DNA from: Mobula hypostoma
Taxonomy: Eukaryota
DNA length: 64,000 nucleotides
NCBI RefSeq assembly: GCF_963921235.1
Contig: NC_086098.1
Location: 2,356,001-2,420,000, forward strand
Reading direction: 5' to 3'
Part shown: positions 1-12,074 of the stretch, piece after piece
Layout of the letters: every line of letters starts with the position of its first letter
Numbering within the stretch: position 1 is the stretch's first letter
Position numbers and translations under genes: made by a program
Notes under the pieces: generated by a model
The model's input: only the letters and a program-made list of their open reading frames with translations
Databases searched by the model: none
What the model was told of the DNA's origin: nothing

Positions 1-427
1 CCATCCGTGCAACTATCCAAACTTCTTTTAAACGTTAAAATTAAGCTCCCTTGCACCACCTGCTCTGGCAGCTCAGTCCACACTCTCATGACCCTCTGAG
101 TGAAAAGTTTCCCTCTTCACCCTTAACCCATAACCTCAAGTTCTAGTCCCATCCAAGCTCAGTGGAAAAAGCCTGCTTGCATTGATCCTATCCATACTCT
201 TCATAATTTTATATACCTCTATCAAATCTCCCCTCAATGTTCTAGGGAATAAAGTTAACCTATCCCTATAACTCAAGTCCTCAAGTCCCAGCAAAATTCT
301 TCTAAATATTCTCTGCACTCTTTCAATCTTATTTACATCTTTCCTGTGGGCAGGAGGCCAAAGCTGCACACAATGCTTCAAATTAGACCAACGTCTTATG
401 CAATTTCAACATAACATCCTCACTACT
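1..427 (-). mobile_element. Old CR1 LINE, 3' ORF2 fragment (continues at 4520-5785 across the inserted CR1)
   Basis: ORF 136..381 reads HCVQLW..RKDVNKIERVQRIFRRILLGLEDLSY, a CR1 C-terminal motif. Joining the flanks restores KKAFGTLAFINQSTACSSEDVMLKLHKTLV. Confidence 0.9.
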
Positions 428-608
428 AGCGCGCCAAGGTTTAAAAAACAGAACACCATATACAGCGGCCATCGTTGTCGCGGCCATCGTCGGAGTGGAC
501 TGAGTCAGAGTGGGGCGGCTTTGGCTCAAACAGGCTTCAGCGAGAACAGGTAGAGGCCAGGGTAGGTTCTGGTACGCTTTTTTGTTCAGATTGTTTAGAG
601 TAGAGAGG

Positions 609-1544
609 ATGCCAGGCAGGATGTTGGAATGCTCCTCTTGCAGGATGTGGGAAGTCAGGGAGCCCTCCGGTGTCCCTGACAACGACACCTGCAGGAAGTG
701 CATCCAGCTGCAGCTCCTGACAAACCGTGTTAGGGAACTGGAGCAGGAGCTGGATGACCTGCGGATCATTCAGGAGAATGAGGAAATTATAGATAGTAGC
801 TACAGGGAGGTAGTTACGCCAAAGGAGCAGAGGACAGGAAATTGGGTCACTGTCAGGTGAGGGAAGGGGAAAGGGCAGGCAGAGCAGGGTTCCCCTGTGG
901 CCATTCCCCTCAACAACAAGTATACCGCATTGGATACTGTTGGGGGGGGATGACTTACCTGGGACAAGCTGCAGTAGCCGGATCTCTGGCACTGGGTCTG
1001 GCTCTGCAGTACAGAAGGGAGGGGGGAAAAGAGGAGAGCGGTAGTGATAGGGGACTCGATAGTTAGAGGTGCAGATAGGAGGTTCTGTGGTCGTGACAGA
1101 GAATCCAGGATGGTCTGTTGCCTCCCTGGTGCCAGGGTCAAGGATGTCTCTGATCGATTGCATGACATTCTGAAGTGGGAGGGTGATCAGCCAGATGTCG
1201 TGGTGCACATCGGTACCAATGACATAGCAAGGAAGAGTGAGGAGGTCCTGGAGAGTGAGTATAGAGAGCTTGGTAGGAAGTTGAAAAGCAGGACCTCGAG
1301 GGTGGTAATCTCACGATTGCTACCTGTGCTAGGTGCCAGTGAGGGTAGGAATAGGATGCTCTGGAGGATGAATAAGTGGCTGAGGAACTGGTGTAGGGGG
1401 CAGGGTTTCAGATTTCAGGATCATTGGGACCTCTTCTGGGGCAGGTGGGACCTGTACAAGAGAGATGGGTTACACAAGAACTACAGGGGGACCAATATCC
1501 TTTCAGGGAGGTTTGTTAGTGCTATTGGGGAGGCTTTAAACTAG
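609..1544 (+). pseudogene. CR1 ORF1: CxxC..CxxC zinc finger, leucine zipper, SGNH/GDSL esterase; disrupted
   Basis: CSSC..CRKC and LLTNRVRELEQELDDL, then IGDSIVRG, PGARV, VHIGTND, DGLH. In-frame TGA at 858-860 and a frameshift in the G-run near 942-949. Confidence 0.9.
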
Positions 1545-1660
1545 ATTTGCAGGGGGATGGGAACTACAGTACCAGAGCTGACAGTGTGACTGGGGCGAAA
1601 ATAAATGATGTTAAAAGTTCAAGCAAATCCGCGAATACAAAGGTTGTGAGTGGTGGTAAA

Positions 1661-4508
1661 AATCTTCTGAGGTGTATGTAGTTCAATGCTAGGAGTATTG
1701 CGAGGAAGGCGGATGAGTTGAGGGCGTGGATTGACACGTGGAATTATGACGTTATAGCAATTAGTGAAACTTGGCTACAGGAGGGGCAGGACTGGCAGCT
1801 TAATATTCCAGGGTTCCGATGTTTCAGATGTGATCGAGGCAGAGGAATGAAAGGTGGGGGAGTAGCATTCCTTGTTAGGGAAAATATTACAGCAGTGCTC
1901 AGGCAGGACAGATTAGAGGGCTTGTCTACTAAGTGGGCGGAGCTGAGAAACAGGAAAGGTATGGCCACATTAGTCGGATTGTATTACAGACCACCCAATA
2001 GTCAAAGAGAATTGGAAGTGCAAATCTGCAGAGAGATAGCAGGCAACTGCAGGAAACATAAAGTTGTGGTGGTAGGGGATTTTAATTTTCCATATATTGA
2101 TTGGGTCTCCCATACTGTTAGGGGTCTAGATGGTATAGAGTTTGTAAAATGTGTTCAGGAAAGTTTTCTAAATCAATATAGAGAGGGACCAACGAGAGGG
2201 GATGCAATATTGGATCTCCTGTTAGGAAACGAGTTAGGACAAGTGACAGAAGTCTGTGTAGGGCACTTTGGTTCCAGTGATCATAACACCATTAGTTTCA
2301 ACTTGATCATGGACAAGGATAGATCTGGTCCTAGGGTTGAGGTTCTTAACTGGAAGGCGGCCAAATTTGAAGAAATTAGAAAGGATCTCAAAAGCGTGGA
2401 TTGGGACAGGTTGTTCTCTGGCATGGATGTGATCGGTAGGTGGGAAGCCTTCAAAGCAGAAATTTTGAGAGTGCAGAATTTGTATGTTCTTGTCAGGATT
2501 AAAGGCAAGGTGAATAGGAATAAGGAACCTTGGTTCTCAAGGGATATTGCAACTCTGATAAAGAAGAAGAGGGAGTTGTATGACGTGTATAGGAAGCAGG
2601 GAGTAAATAAGGTGCTTGAGGAGTATAAGAAGTGCAAGAAAATACTTCAGAAAGAAATCAGGAGGGCTAAAAGAAGACATGAGGTTGCCTTGGCAGTCAA
2701 AGTGAAGGATAATCCAAAGAGCTTTTACAGGTATATTAAGAGCAAAAGGATTGTAAGGGATAAAATTGGTCCTCTTGAAGATCAGAGTGGTCGGCTATGC
2801 GCGGAACCAAAGGAAATGGGGGAGATCTTAAATAGGTTTTATGCGTCTGTATTTACTAAGGAAGCTGGCATGAAATCTATGGAATTAAGGGAAACAAGTA
2901 GTGAGACCATGGAAACTGTACAGATTGAAAAGGAAGAGGTCCTTGCTGTCTTAAGGAAAATTAAAGTGGATAAATCCCCGGGACGTGACAGAGTGTTCCC
3001 TCGGACCTTGAAGGAGACTAGTGTTGAAATTGCAGGGGCCCTGGCTGAAATATTTAAAATGTTGCTGTCTGCAGGTGAGGTGCTGGAGGATTGGAGAGTG
3101 GCTCATGTTGTTCTGTTGTTTAAAAAAGGATCGAAAAGTAATCCGGGAAATTATAGGCCAGTAAGTTTAACGTCGGTAGTAGGTAAGTTATTGGAGGGAG
3201 TACTAAGAGACAGAATCTACAAGCATTTGGATAGACTGGGACTTATTAGGGAGAGTCAACATGGCTTTGTGCGTGGTAGGTCATGTTTGACCAATCTATT
3301 GGAGTTTTTCGAGGAGGTTACCAGGAAAGTGGATGAAGGGAAGGCAGTGGATATTGTCTACATGGACTTCAGTAAGGCCTTTGACAAGGTCCCGCATGGG
3401 AGGTTAGTTAGGAAAATTCAGTCGCTAGGTATACATGGAGAAGTGGTAAATTGGATTAGACATTGGCTCGATGGAGGAAGCCAGAGAGTGGTGGTAGAGA
3501 ATTGCTTCTCTGAGTGGAGGCCTGTGACTAGTGGTGTGCCACAGGGATCAGTGCTGGGTCCATTGTTATTTGTCATCTATATCAACGATCTGGATGATAA
3601 TGTGGTAAATTGGATCAACAAGTTTGCTGATGATACAAAGATTGGAGGTGTAGTAGACAGTGAGGAAGGTTTTCAGAGCCTGCAGAGGGACTTGGACCAG
3701 CTGGAAAATTGGGCTAAAAAATGGCAGGTTGAGTTTAATACTGACAAGTGTGAGGTATTGCACGTTGGAAGGACAAACCAACGTAGAACATACAGGGTTA
3801 ATGGTAAGGCACTGAGGAGTGCAGTGGAACAGAGGGATCTGGGAATACAGATACAAAATTCCCTAAAAGTGGTGTCACAGGTAGATAGGGTCGTAAAGAG
3901 AGCTTTTTGTACATTGGCCTTTATTAATCAAAGTATTGAGTATAAGAGCTGGAATGTATAAGGCATTGGTGAGGCTGAATCTGGAGTATTCTGTTCAGTT
4001 TTGGTCACCAAATTACAGGAAGGATATAAATAAGGTTGAAAGAGTGCAGAGAAGGTTTACAAGGATGTTGCCAGGACTTGAGAAACTCAGTTGCAGAGAA
4101 AGGTTGAATAGGTTGGGACTTTATTCCCTTGAGTGTAGAAGAATGAGGGGAGATTTGATAGAGGTATATAAAATTATGATGGGTATAGATAGAGTGAATG
4201 CAAGCAGGCTTTTTCCACTGAGGCAAGGGGAGAAAAAAAACAGAGGACATGGGTTTAGGGTGAGGGGGGAAAAGTTTAAAGGGAACATTGGGGGGGGCTT
4301 CTTCACACAGAGAGTGGTGGGAGTATGGAATGAGCTGCCAGACGAGGTGGTAAATGCGGGTTCTTTTTTAACATTTAAGAATAAATTGGACAGATACATG
4401 GATGGGAGATGTATGGAGGGATATGGTCTGTGTGCAGGTCAGTGGGACTACGCAGAAAATGGTTCGGCACAGACAAGAAGGGCCAAAAGGCCTGTTTCTG
4501 TGCTGTAG
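1661..4508 (+). pseudogene. CR1 ORF2: APE endonuclease + reverse transcriptase; lightly disrupted
   Basis: EN motifs FNARSI, ISETW, YYRPP, GDFN, LDLLL, SDHN. RT motifs NYRPVSLTS, QHGF, DFSKAFDKVPH, GVPQGSVLGP, FADDTK. Stop at 1679-1681, frameshift near 3955; 747-aa open stretch 1718-3961. Confidence 0.95.
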
Positions 4509-4519
4509 GTTCTATGGTT

Positions 4520-5785
4520 TACTGCATGCAGTACTTTGGTTTATGAAGGCCAATGTGCCAAAGGCTTTCTTTACAATCCTTATCTACATCTATATCTTTG
4601 ATATAGATGACAAACAAGACCAGACCCAGCATTAACCTCTGTGGCACACCACTTGTCAAAAGCCTCCATTCAGAGAGGCAACAATTTACTACCACACTCT
4701 GCCCTCTCCCGTGAAAACAATGTCTAATCATTTACTATCTCATCTTGAATGTCAAGCCACTGGGCCTTCTTGACCAAACTGCCGTATGGGACCTTGTCAA
4801 AGACTTTGTTAAAGTCCGTGCAGACAACATCCACTGACTTGCTTCATTAACTTTCCTGGTAACTTCCTTGAGAAACTCTATAAGAATGGTTACACCCGAC
4901 CTACCACACACTAAGTCATGCTGACTGTCCCTAATCAGTTCCTGTCTATTCAAATACTCATATATCCAGTCCCTTCAGAATACTTTCCAATAACCTTCCC
5001 TTTACTGATGTCAAGCTTACTATCCTATAGTTTCCTGGTTTATTCTTAGGGCCTTTCTTAAAAAGCGGACAATAGTAGCTATCCTCTAATTCTCCGGCAC
5101 CTCATCTGTCGCTAAGGATAATTTAAATATCTCTGCTAGGACCCCTACAATTTCTGCACTTGCCTCCCACAGGATCGGAGGGAACACATTGTCAAACCCA
5201 GGGTTCTTATTTACCTTAATTTACCTCAAGACAGCAAACAACTCCTCCTCTTTAACCAGAGAGTGGTGAAGCTGTGGAATTCTTTGCCACAACAGCTGTG
5301 GAGGCCAAGTCTTTATTCTTTGTGTATATTTAAGGCAGGGGTTGATAGATTCTTGATTGGTCAGGGTATGAAGAAATACAGGAGTAAGGCAGGAGAATGG
5401 GGCTGAGCCATAATGAAATGGCAGAACAGACTTGATGGGCCAAATGGTCTAATTCTGCTCCTATATCTTACGGTGTTACAGTCTCTGTAATCTGTATAGG
5501 GTCCATTACCTCACTGCTGCTTTGTCTTAACTCTATCAACTCTGTATCCATCTCCTGAGTAAATACATATGCAAAATATCCGTTTATGATCTCCTCAGTC
5601 TCTGTCAGCTTCACAAATAAATGATCACTTTGATCTTCGATGGGACCAATTTTGTCCCTTGCTCCCAACATATCTGTAGATTCCTTTAGGATTATCCTTT
5701 ACCTTGTCTGCTAGAGCAACTTCATACCTTCTATTAGCCTTCCTGATTTCTTTCGGAAGGGTTCTCTTGCATTTCTTAGGCTCCT
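4520..5785 (-). mobile_element. Remainder of old CR1 ORF2 (RT region), with internal deletions
   Basis: ORFs 4519..4731 (SGVPQRLMLG), 4735..4953 (IRDSQHDLVCGRS) and 5468..5671 (RDKIGPIEDQS). Confidence 0.85.
5252..5480 (+). mobile_element. Short CR1 3' end nested in the old CR1
   Basis: cagagagtggtgaagctgtggaattc...ctcctatatcttacgg 3' UTR; probable CTCT duplication at the flanks. Confidence 0.8.
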
Positions 5786-6423
5786 CAATAGAGGATACAT
5801 AGAACTTTGGATAAGAGGATAGATCTTCAGAGATCTTGTCCCGGAATGCATAAATGTGTGATGTTTAAAAATGGCACTTCAACCAAGGATGGAGGAGGTT
5901 GAGTTTCATTTTTACCTTATCTTGCTTTTGCATTTGGAATATCTTTTATTCGCTGTGGTATGCTTCCAACCACCAAGGACGTTTACTATCCATCAACTGA
6001 TAGATAATCCTTGTCAGACCCGCCTGAAAAATTGCCCAGCAATAAATAGGAACACAAGCACCTTCAGTTGAAGTGTGTCCACCGTCTGTTTGTCTATTCA
6101 GTTCATTTGCCTGGACTATTTTTCTCATTAAAAATACCTAATGATTAAGTACCAATCCTTCCTATCAAATCTTTTCCATTGTTCTTGGCAGCTTAAAGGA
6201 AGAAGGCAATTCACTGACTGCAATCAGATATCTGAATCGGAAAAATCAAAAATATATTTAAGGGTTTGTGCATTCAGACACCTGCCCAGCATACAATGCT
6301 ATGTAATTTATTTCACCATTCATTTTTAATATAATCCCAGTAGCTTATTTCAGAGTGCTGGAAAGCGACTCTTTCAAGGAGGTACGCACCTTGTAGCATT
6401 ATACTCCTGCATATTTATCTTTA

Positions 6424-8921
6424 CACTCAGTGGCCAATTTATTAGGTACCTCCTGTACTTAATAAAGTGGCCACTGAGTGTATGCTTGTGGTCTTCTGTT
6501 GCTGTAACCCATCCACTTTGACATGTTGTGTGTTCTTCTGCACATCACTGTCGTAATGCATGGTTATTTGAGTTACTGTCACCCTCCTGTCAGCTTGAAC
6601 CAGTCCGGCCATTCTCCTCTGAACTCTCTCATTAACAAGACATTTTTACCCACACCGGATGTTTTTTGTTTTTCACACAATTCTCTGTAAACTCTAAAGA
6701 CTGTCGTGTGTGAAAATCCCAGGAGATCAGCAGTTTTTGAGATACTCAAGCAACCCCATCTGTACCAAAAATCATTCCACAGCCAAAGTCACTTAAATCA
6801 CATTTCTTCTCCATTCTGATGTTTGGTCTAAACAACAACTGAGCCCATGATTATGTCTGCATCCTCTTATGCAATGAGTTACAGCCTAAGGATTGGCTGA
6901 TTGGATATTTATGTTAATTTATGTTAACCGAGTTCACAGATGCAGTCATCTGCTTCATCCGGAAATGCATCGACGATGTTGTCCCCCAGAAGTCGGTCAG
7001 GGTCTTCCCGAACCAGAAACCCTGGATCGATAGTTCCGTGCGAGCAGCATTTACTGCACGACACAGAGCTTACATTGCCAGCAATCAGCAGGAGCTCAAG
7101 AAAAGTGGCTACGGTCTGCGCAAAGCTATCAAGGCTGCAAAACAACAATACAGGGACAAGATTGAGTGAAGATTCACAACGAATAGCACATGCGACTTCT
7201 GGCGAGGGCTGCATACCATCGCAGACTTCAAAGCCAAATGTTGTGGTGCCACCAACATCGCAGCCTCTCTCCCAGATGAACTCAATTTCTTTTATGCTCA
7301 GTTCAATATCGCTAACTCTGAGCCTCTGAGGAAAGCCTCCACTACAACCTGCAACCTGGTTGTCTCCGAGGCTGAGGTCTGCAGATGTTTCCAATGAGCG
7401 GACAGTCGCAAGGCTGCGGGACTGGACGGCATCCCAGGGCGAGTACTCAGGATGTGTGCAGCACAACTGGCAGGTGTGTTAATCTCTCCCTCTCCCAGTG
7501 TAGAGTGCCCTCCTGCTTCAAAACATCCACCATTGTCCCTGTACCTAACAGGTCCAAGGTAACATGCCTGAATAACTGGCGTCCTGTCACACTCACCTCA
7601 ATAATAAGCAAATACTTTGAGAGGCTGGTCAGGAATTACATCTGCAGTTTGCTACCACCCACACTAGACCCCTACAATTCACCTACTGACACAACCGATC
7701 GACAAGTGATGCAATAGCTACTGCTCTACATACCGTCCTTACACATCTGGAGAAGAAGGATGCCTATGTGAGAATGCTGTTCTTGGACTACAGTTCAGCA
7801 TTCAACACCATAGTTCCATCCAGGCTCGACAAGAAGCTCAGAGACCTTGGCCATGTGCAGCTGGATCCTGGACTTCCTGTCAGAATGCTGGCAGGTGGTA
7901 AGAGTGGGTTTCCTTACCTCCACCCGTCTGACTCTCAACATAGGAGCCCATCAGAACCGCATACTGAGTCCCCTCCTTTGCTCCCTGTATACCCATAACT
8001 GTGTCGCCATCCATAGATCTAATCCACTAATTAAATTTGCCGATAACACTACCTATCCATTATCTCAAACAATAACAAGGTGGCCTACAGGGAAGAAGTC
8101 ATCTCTCTGACACAGAGGTGTTAAGAAAACAACCTCTCCCTCAATGTTGCAAAAACAAAGGAGCTGGTTGCGGATTAATAGAGGAATGCAGGCGGGCTAA
8201 CCCCTATTGACATCAATGGATCTGGGGTTGAGAGGGTAAACAGCTTTAAGTTGCTCGGCATTCGCATCACTGAGAACCTCATGTGGTCTGTACACATCAG
8301 CTGTGTGGAGAACAAGGCACAACAGCGCCTTGTTCACTTCAGATGGTTGAGGAAGTTTGATATGGGCCCCCAAAACCTAAGAACTTTTTACAGGGGCACA
8401 ATTGACAGCATCCTGACTGGCTGCATCACTGCCTGGTATGGGAACTGTACTTCACTTAAACGCAGGATTCTGCAGAGAGTGGTGCAGACAGACCAGCGCA
8501 TCTGTAGTTGTGAACTTCCCATGATTCAGGACATTTACAGTGACAGGTGTGAGAAAAGGGCATGAAGGGTCATTGGGGACCCGAATCACCCCAATCACAA
8601 TCTATTCCAGCTGCTATGATCTGGGAAATGGTACCACAGCTTAAAAGCCAGGACCAACAGGCTCGGGGACAGCTTCTTCCACCAGGCCACCAGACTGATT
8701 AACTCATGCTGATCTGAGTGTGTTTCTATGTTACACTGACTGTTCTATTTGCTATAAATTATTATAAATTACTATGATTGTACATTGCACATTTAGACCG
8801 AGACATAGCGTAAAGATTTTCACTCCTCATGTACAAACGGTATGTGAAGGGTATAAGGGATGAAGTCAATTCAATTCAAATTCAATAATCAGTAAGTGTA
8901 CCTAATAAAGTGGCCTCTGAG
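6424..8921 (-). mobile_element. Non-autonomous Tc1 derivative (three TIR copies), split by Rex1 at 6921-8886
   Basis: TA-cactcagtggccaatttattaggtac and its inverse form a hairpin at 6422-6482; body 6483-6918; terminal TIR gtgtacctaataaagtggcctctgag near 8896-8921. Confidence 0.8.
6921..8886 (+). mobile_element. 5'-truncated Rex1/Babar-type LINE
   Basis: [64 protein letters not shown]; (CAATT)n tail at ~8866-8886. Confidence 0.9.
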
Positions 8922-9189
8922 CGAGCACTTTATGTCAACTTGTGCAGTACCTCTACTGAAGAATTTTTATTATCTGTTAATATAATTGTATTAATATTAT
9001 TTTATGAGCTGTACGTGATATATGTACTGTGTTTCGCACCTTGATCCCAGAGGAATGATGTCGTGTTGAGATTGAACTTGACTCAAAGAATATTGTCAGT
9101 TTTTTTTTAGAAATTTACTTGAATATTACAGCCAGCTACCCAGTCAAAAATGGGCATGGAAACCTCCAAATTGCCATATTATTGGAAAG

Positions 9190-10650
9190 AACAACATCAT
9201 ACCTGTCAATCTGCAACAGCGTTGCAAGTTCATCTACCTTATTCCATATACTGCACACATTCAGATACATCACCTCAGTCCTGTATTCACTCTTTTTGAT
9301 TTGTCCACCCTTTACGTTGTAACTCATCCTGTTGACTACAACTTTGCCCTATCAACAGCCTCTCCTCCCTACACATTGTCTCTGTTTGTAAATCAGCTAC
9401 TTCATCTTTGGCAATATTATCAGCCTTTCCTACGATACTTCTTGCATTGAAATATACGCAGCTCAGGACAATAGTTGCACCATGCTCAACCTTTTGATTC
9501 CTAACTTTGTCTGAGGTCTTACCAGTATCTACCTCTACAACCTCTCTACTAACTGCTCTGGCACTCCAGTTCCCATCTCCCTGCAACTTTATTTTAAACT
9601 CCACCATGCAACATTAACAAACCTTCCCACTAGGATATTAGTCCCCCTCCTGTTCAGATGTAAACCATTCCTTCCATATAGGTTCCACCTTCCCTGGAAG
9701 AGAGCCAAATGATCCAAAAATCTTATGTCCTCCCTCCTGCATCAACTCCTTAGCCACATATGAAACTGTATAATCTTTCTAGCACGTGGGATGGACAACA
9801 GTCCTAAGATCACAACCCCGGAGGGCCTGCACTTTAGCTTAGTACCTAACTCCGTGAACTCCCTATGCAGATCCTTGTCACTCATCCTCCCCATGTCATT
9901 GGTACCTGCATGGACCACGACTTCTGGCTGTTCACCCTCCCACTTAAGAGTGCTGAGGACTTGATCCAAGATATCCTGGAACCTGGCACCCAGGAGGTAA
10001 CATACCATCAGGGAATCTCATTCACGCCCACAGAACCTCCCGCCCTTTCTCACAACTTATGAATCCCCTGTCACCAGAGTGTGCCTCTTCTTCCCCCCCC
10101 CTTCTGAGAACACAGACTGACTCAGTGTCAGAGACACGATCAGTGAGACCTTCCTCAGTTACGCCATCCCACCCGACAGCATCCAAAGTGATATACATGT
10201 TGTTGACAGGGATGACTACAGGTGTACTCTGCACAGGCTCCCCTTTCCTTTTCCTAACTGTCACCCAGTTTCCTGTGTCCTGCGCCTTGGCTGTAACTAC
10301 CACTGTTTGTGTTCAATCTATCTCCCCTTCAGCATCCCGAATGATCCAGATTTTATCCAGTTCCAGCTCCAACTCCCTAGCGTGGTTTGTTAGAAGCTGC
10401 AGCTGGATGCACTTCTCACAGTTGTAGTTGTCAGGGACACTGGAGGTCTCTCTGTCTTCCCACAACCCGCAAGAGGAGCATTTCATTATCCTGCCTGTCA
10501 TCCCTGCTCTCCTAGCTGAGCAGGTATAAAGGAGAGAAGGAAAAACTAGTGCTTTTCTTTCTTTTGCTTTCTCTGAGTGAAGCCTCTCGGCACAGAAACC
10601 TCGAGAAGCTAAAGCCTGAAGATCTCCACTCTGACTCTGTCCAGTCAGAC
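9190..10650 (-). mobile_element. CR1 5' half (5'UTR, ORF1 zinc finger/esterase, start of ORF2)
   Basis: ORF 10313..10501 (CSSC..CEKCIQLQLL), 9742..10008 (VHAGTND), 9287..9607 (VYFNARSIVGKAD). Confidence 0.9.
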
Positions 10651-10664
10651 GACGGCCCGATGCA

Positions 10665-10935
10665 ACACTCCTCCTTCCCTTTCTCCCATGGCCTGCCCTC
10701 CTCTCCTATCAGATTCCTTCTTCTCCAGCCCTTTACCTTTTCCACCTCTCACCTCCCAGCTTCTCATGTAATTCCCCTCCTCCCCCACCGCCTGTCTCAC
10801 CAGCTGGTTCTCCTCCACCCATCCTTTTATCCTGCCTTCCTTTCCAGTCCTGATGAAGATGTAATGTCGACTGTTTATTCCTCTCCGCAGATGCTACCCA
10901 ATGTGCTGTTTTCTCCAGCATTTTGTATATGCTAT
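10665..10935 (+). mobile_element. Penelope-like pseudo-LTR fragment with degenerate hammerhead
   Basis: Pyrimidine-rich tract, then cagtcctgatgaag..gtcgactg..ccagcattttg, as in the 3' part of the GIY-YIG element at 42316-43340. Confidence 0.75.
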
Positions 10936-11129
10936 ACAAATCTTTAACATATACCATACAGCTGAGCCTTCACCAATCTTTGGAAAGTATCCATCTATAA
11001 CAAGAATAACAGTAATCGAGAAAGCACAGCAGCATCTCCACTTCATGGTCTTCCCGCCACCATTCTAACCGATTTTTACAGGAATACCATTGCGAGTGCC
11101 CTGACCAGCTGATATGAGAATTGCGAGGC

Positions 11130-11400
11130 ATCTGATTGCAAATCCCAATTTCTATCTCTATCCACCTATCACTTCCCAGCTTCTTATTTTGTTCCCCTTC
11201 CCCCACCACCCGCCTTCCCCCTCACATGGTCTCACCTACCACCTGCCAGCTTGTACTGTACCCCACATTGTATTCTGGTTTCTGCCCCTTCCTTTCCAGT
11301 CCTGGTGAAGGGTCTCACTCCAAAATATCAACTGTTTATTCCCCTCCATAGATGCTGCCCGAGCTGCTGAGTTCCTCCAACATTTGGTGTGCATTGCTCA
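11130..11400 (+). mobile_element. Penelope-like pseudo-LTR fragment
   Basis: ccagtcctggtgaagggtctc...gatgctgcc..gctgagttcctcca. Confidence 0.75.
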
Positions 11401-11749
11401 GGAACTTTACAGGTATATTCAGTGATCTCAAAAGGAATAAATACCAGCCCTTTGAACTTTCTCCTTCATTCAGCCCCCTTTTCAGTCTACTGCAAATTCC
11501 AGCATCTGACATGATAGCAAGGGTTTCCTTTATGGCAAACTTAGTTCAAAATATTCCACAGACATGAAAATGCAATTAATATTGCTTTGTTATTTGGTTG
11601 TCAAAATGAAAAAGGAAAACATAATAGAAATTTGCAAAGGTCATAAAAGAAAAAAATCAGTGCGTATAGTCACTCTTTCATACATTTTATGGCCACAGGC
11701 TTAATCTGCAGAGCTTTATTCTCATTTTACAAGAAAACAACACAGGCCC

Positions 11750-11905
11750 GCAACATCCACAATGTACTGGCAGAACTCAGTAGGTCAGGCAGCATCTCGG
11801 ACGAGGAATAAACCTCGCCATAGATGCTGCCTGATCTGCTGAGCTCCTCCAGCATTTTGCATGTGTTGCTTTGGATTTCCAGCATCTGAAGAATCCCTTG
11901 TATTT
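11750..11905. repeat. Fold-back (inverted) Penelope pLTR-tail unit
   Basis: gcaacatcc..ctggcagaactcagtaggtcaggcagcatct paired with agatgctgcctgatctgctgagctcctccag..gtgttgc. Confidence 0.8.
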
Positions 11906-12074
11906 ATTATACAGAACTGCATTGGGCTTTCTGGTTTTATGATCAAATTTGTTCTCGTCTTTCTGAGGCTTTCATTTGTGTTTGGATACATCTTCTAACA
12001 TGAACCTCGCAGATTAATGGCCTGCTGAGATCATGCGTTGTTGGCCTATGAATTACTATACCACAATATTTAGT

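Larger units (their letters stand above)
428..4519 (+). mobile_element. Near-full-length CR1 LINE (5'UTR, ORF1, ORF2, 3'UTR), 4-bp TSD TACT
   Basis: TACT at 424-427 and 4520-4523; ends in ttctatggtt, a CR1-type tail; contains ORF1 and ORF2 motifs. Confidence 0.95.

Noticed and set aside
537..1208. 223-aa minus-strand ORF
   Set aside because: Antisense to CR1 ORF1 with no recognisable domain.
1718..3961. Functional RT gene or active element
   Set aside because: Upstream stop at 1679-1681, small deletions and a frameshift near 3955.
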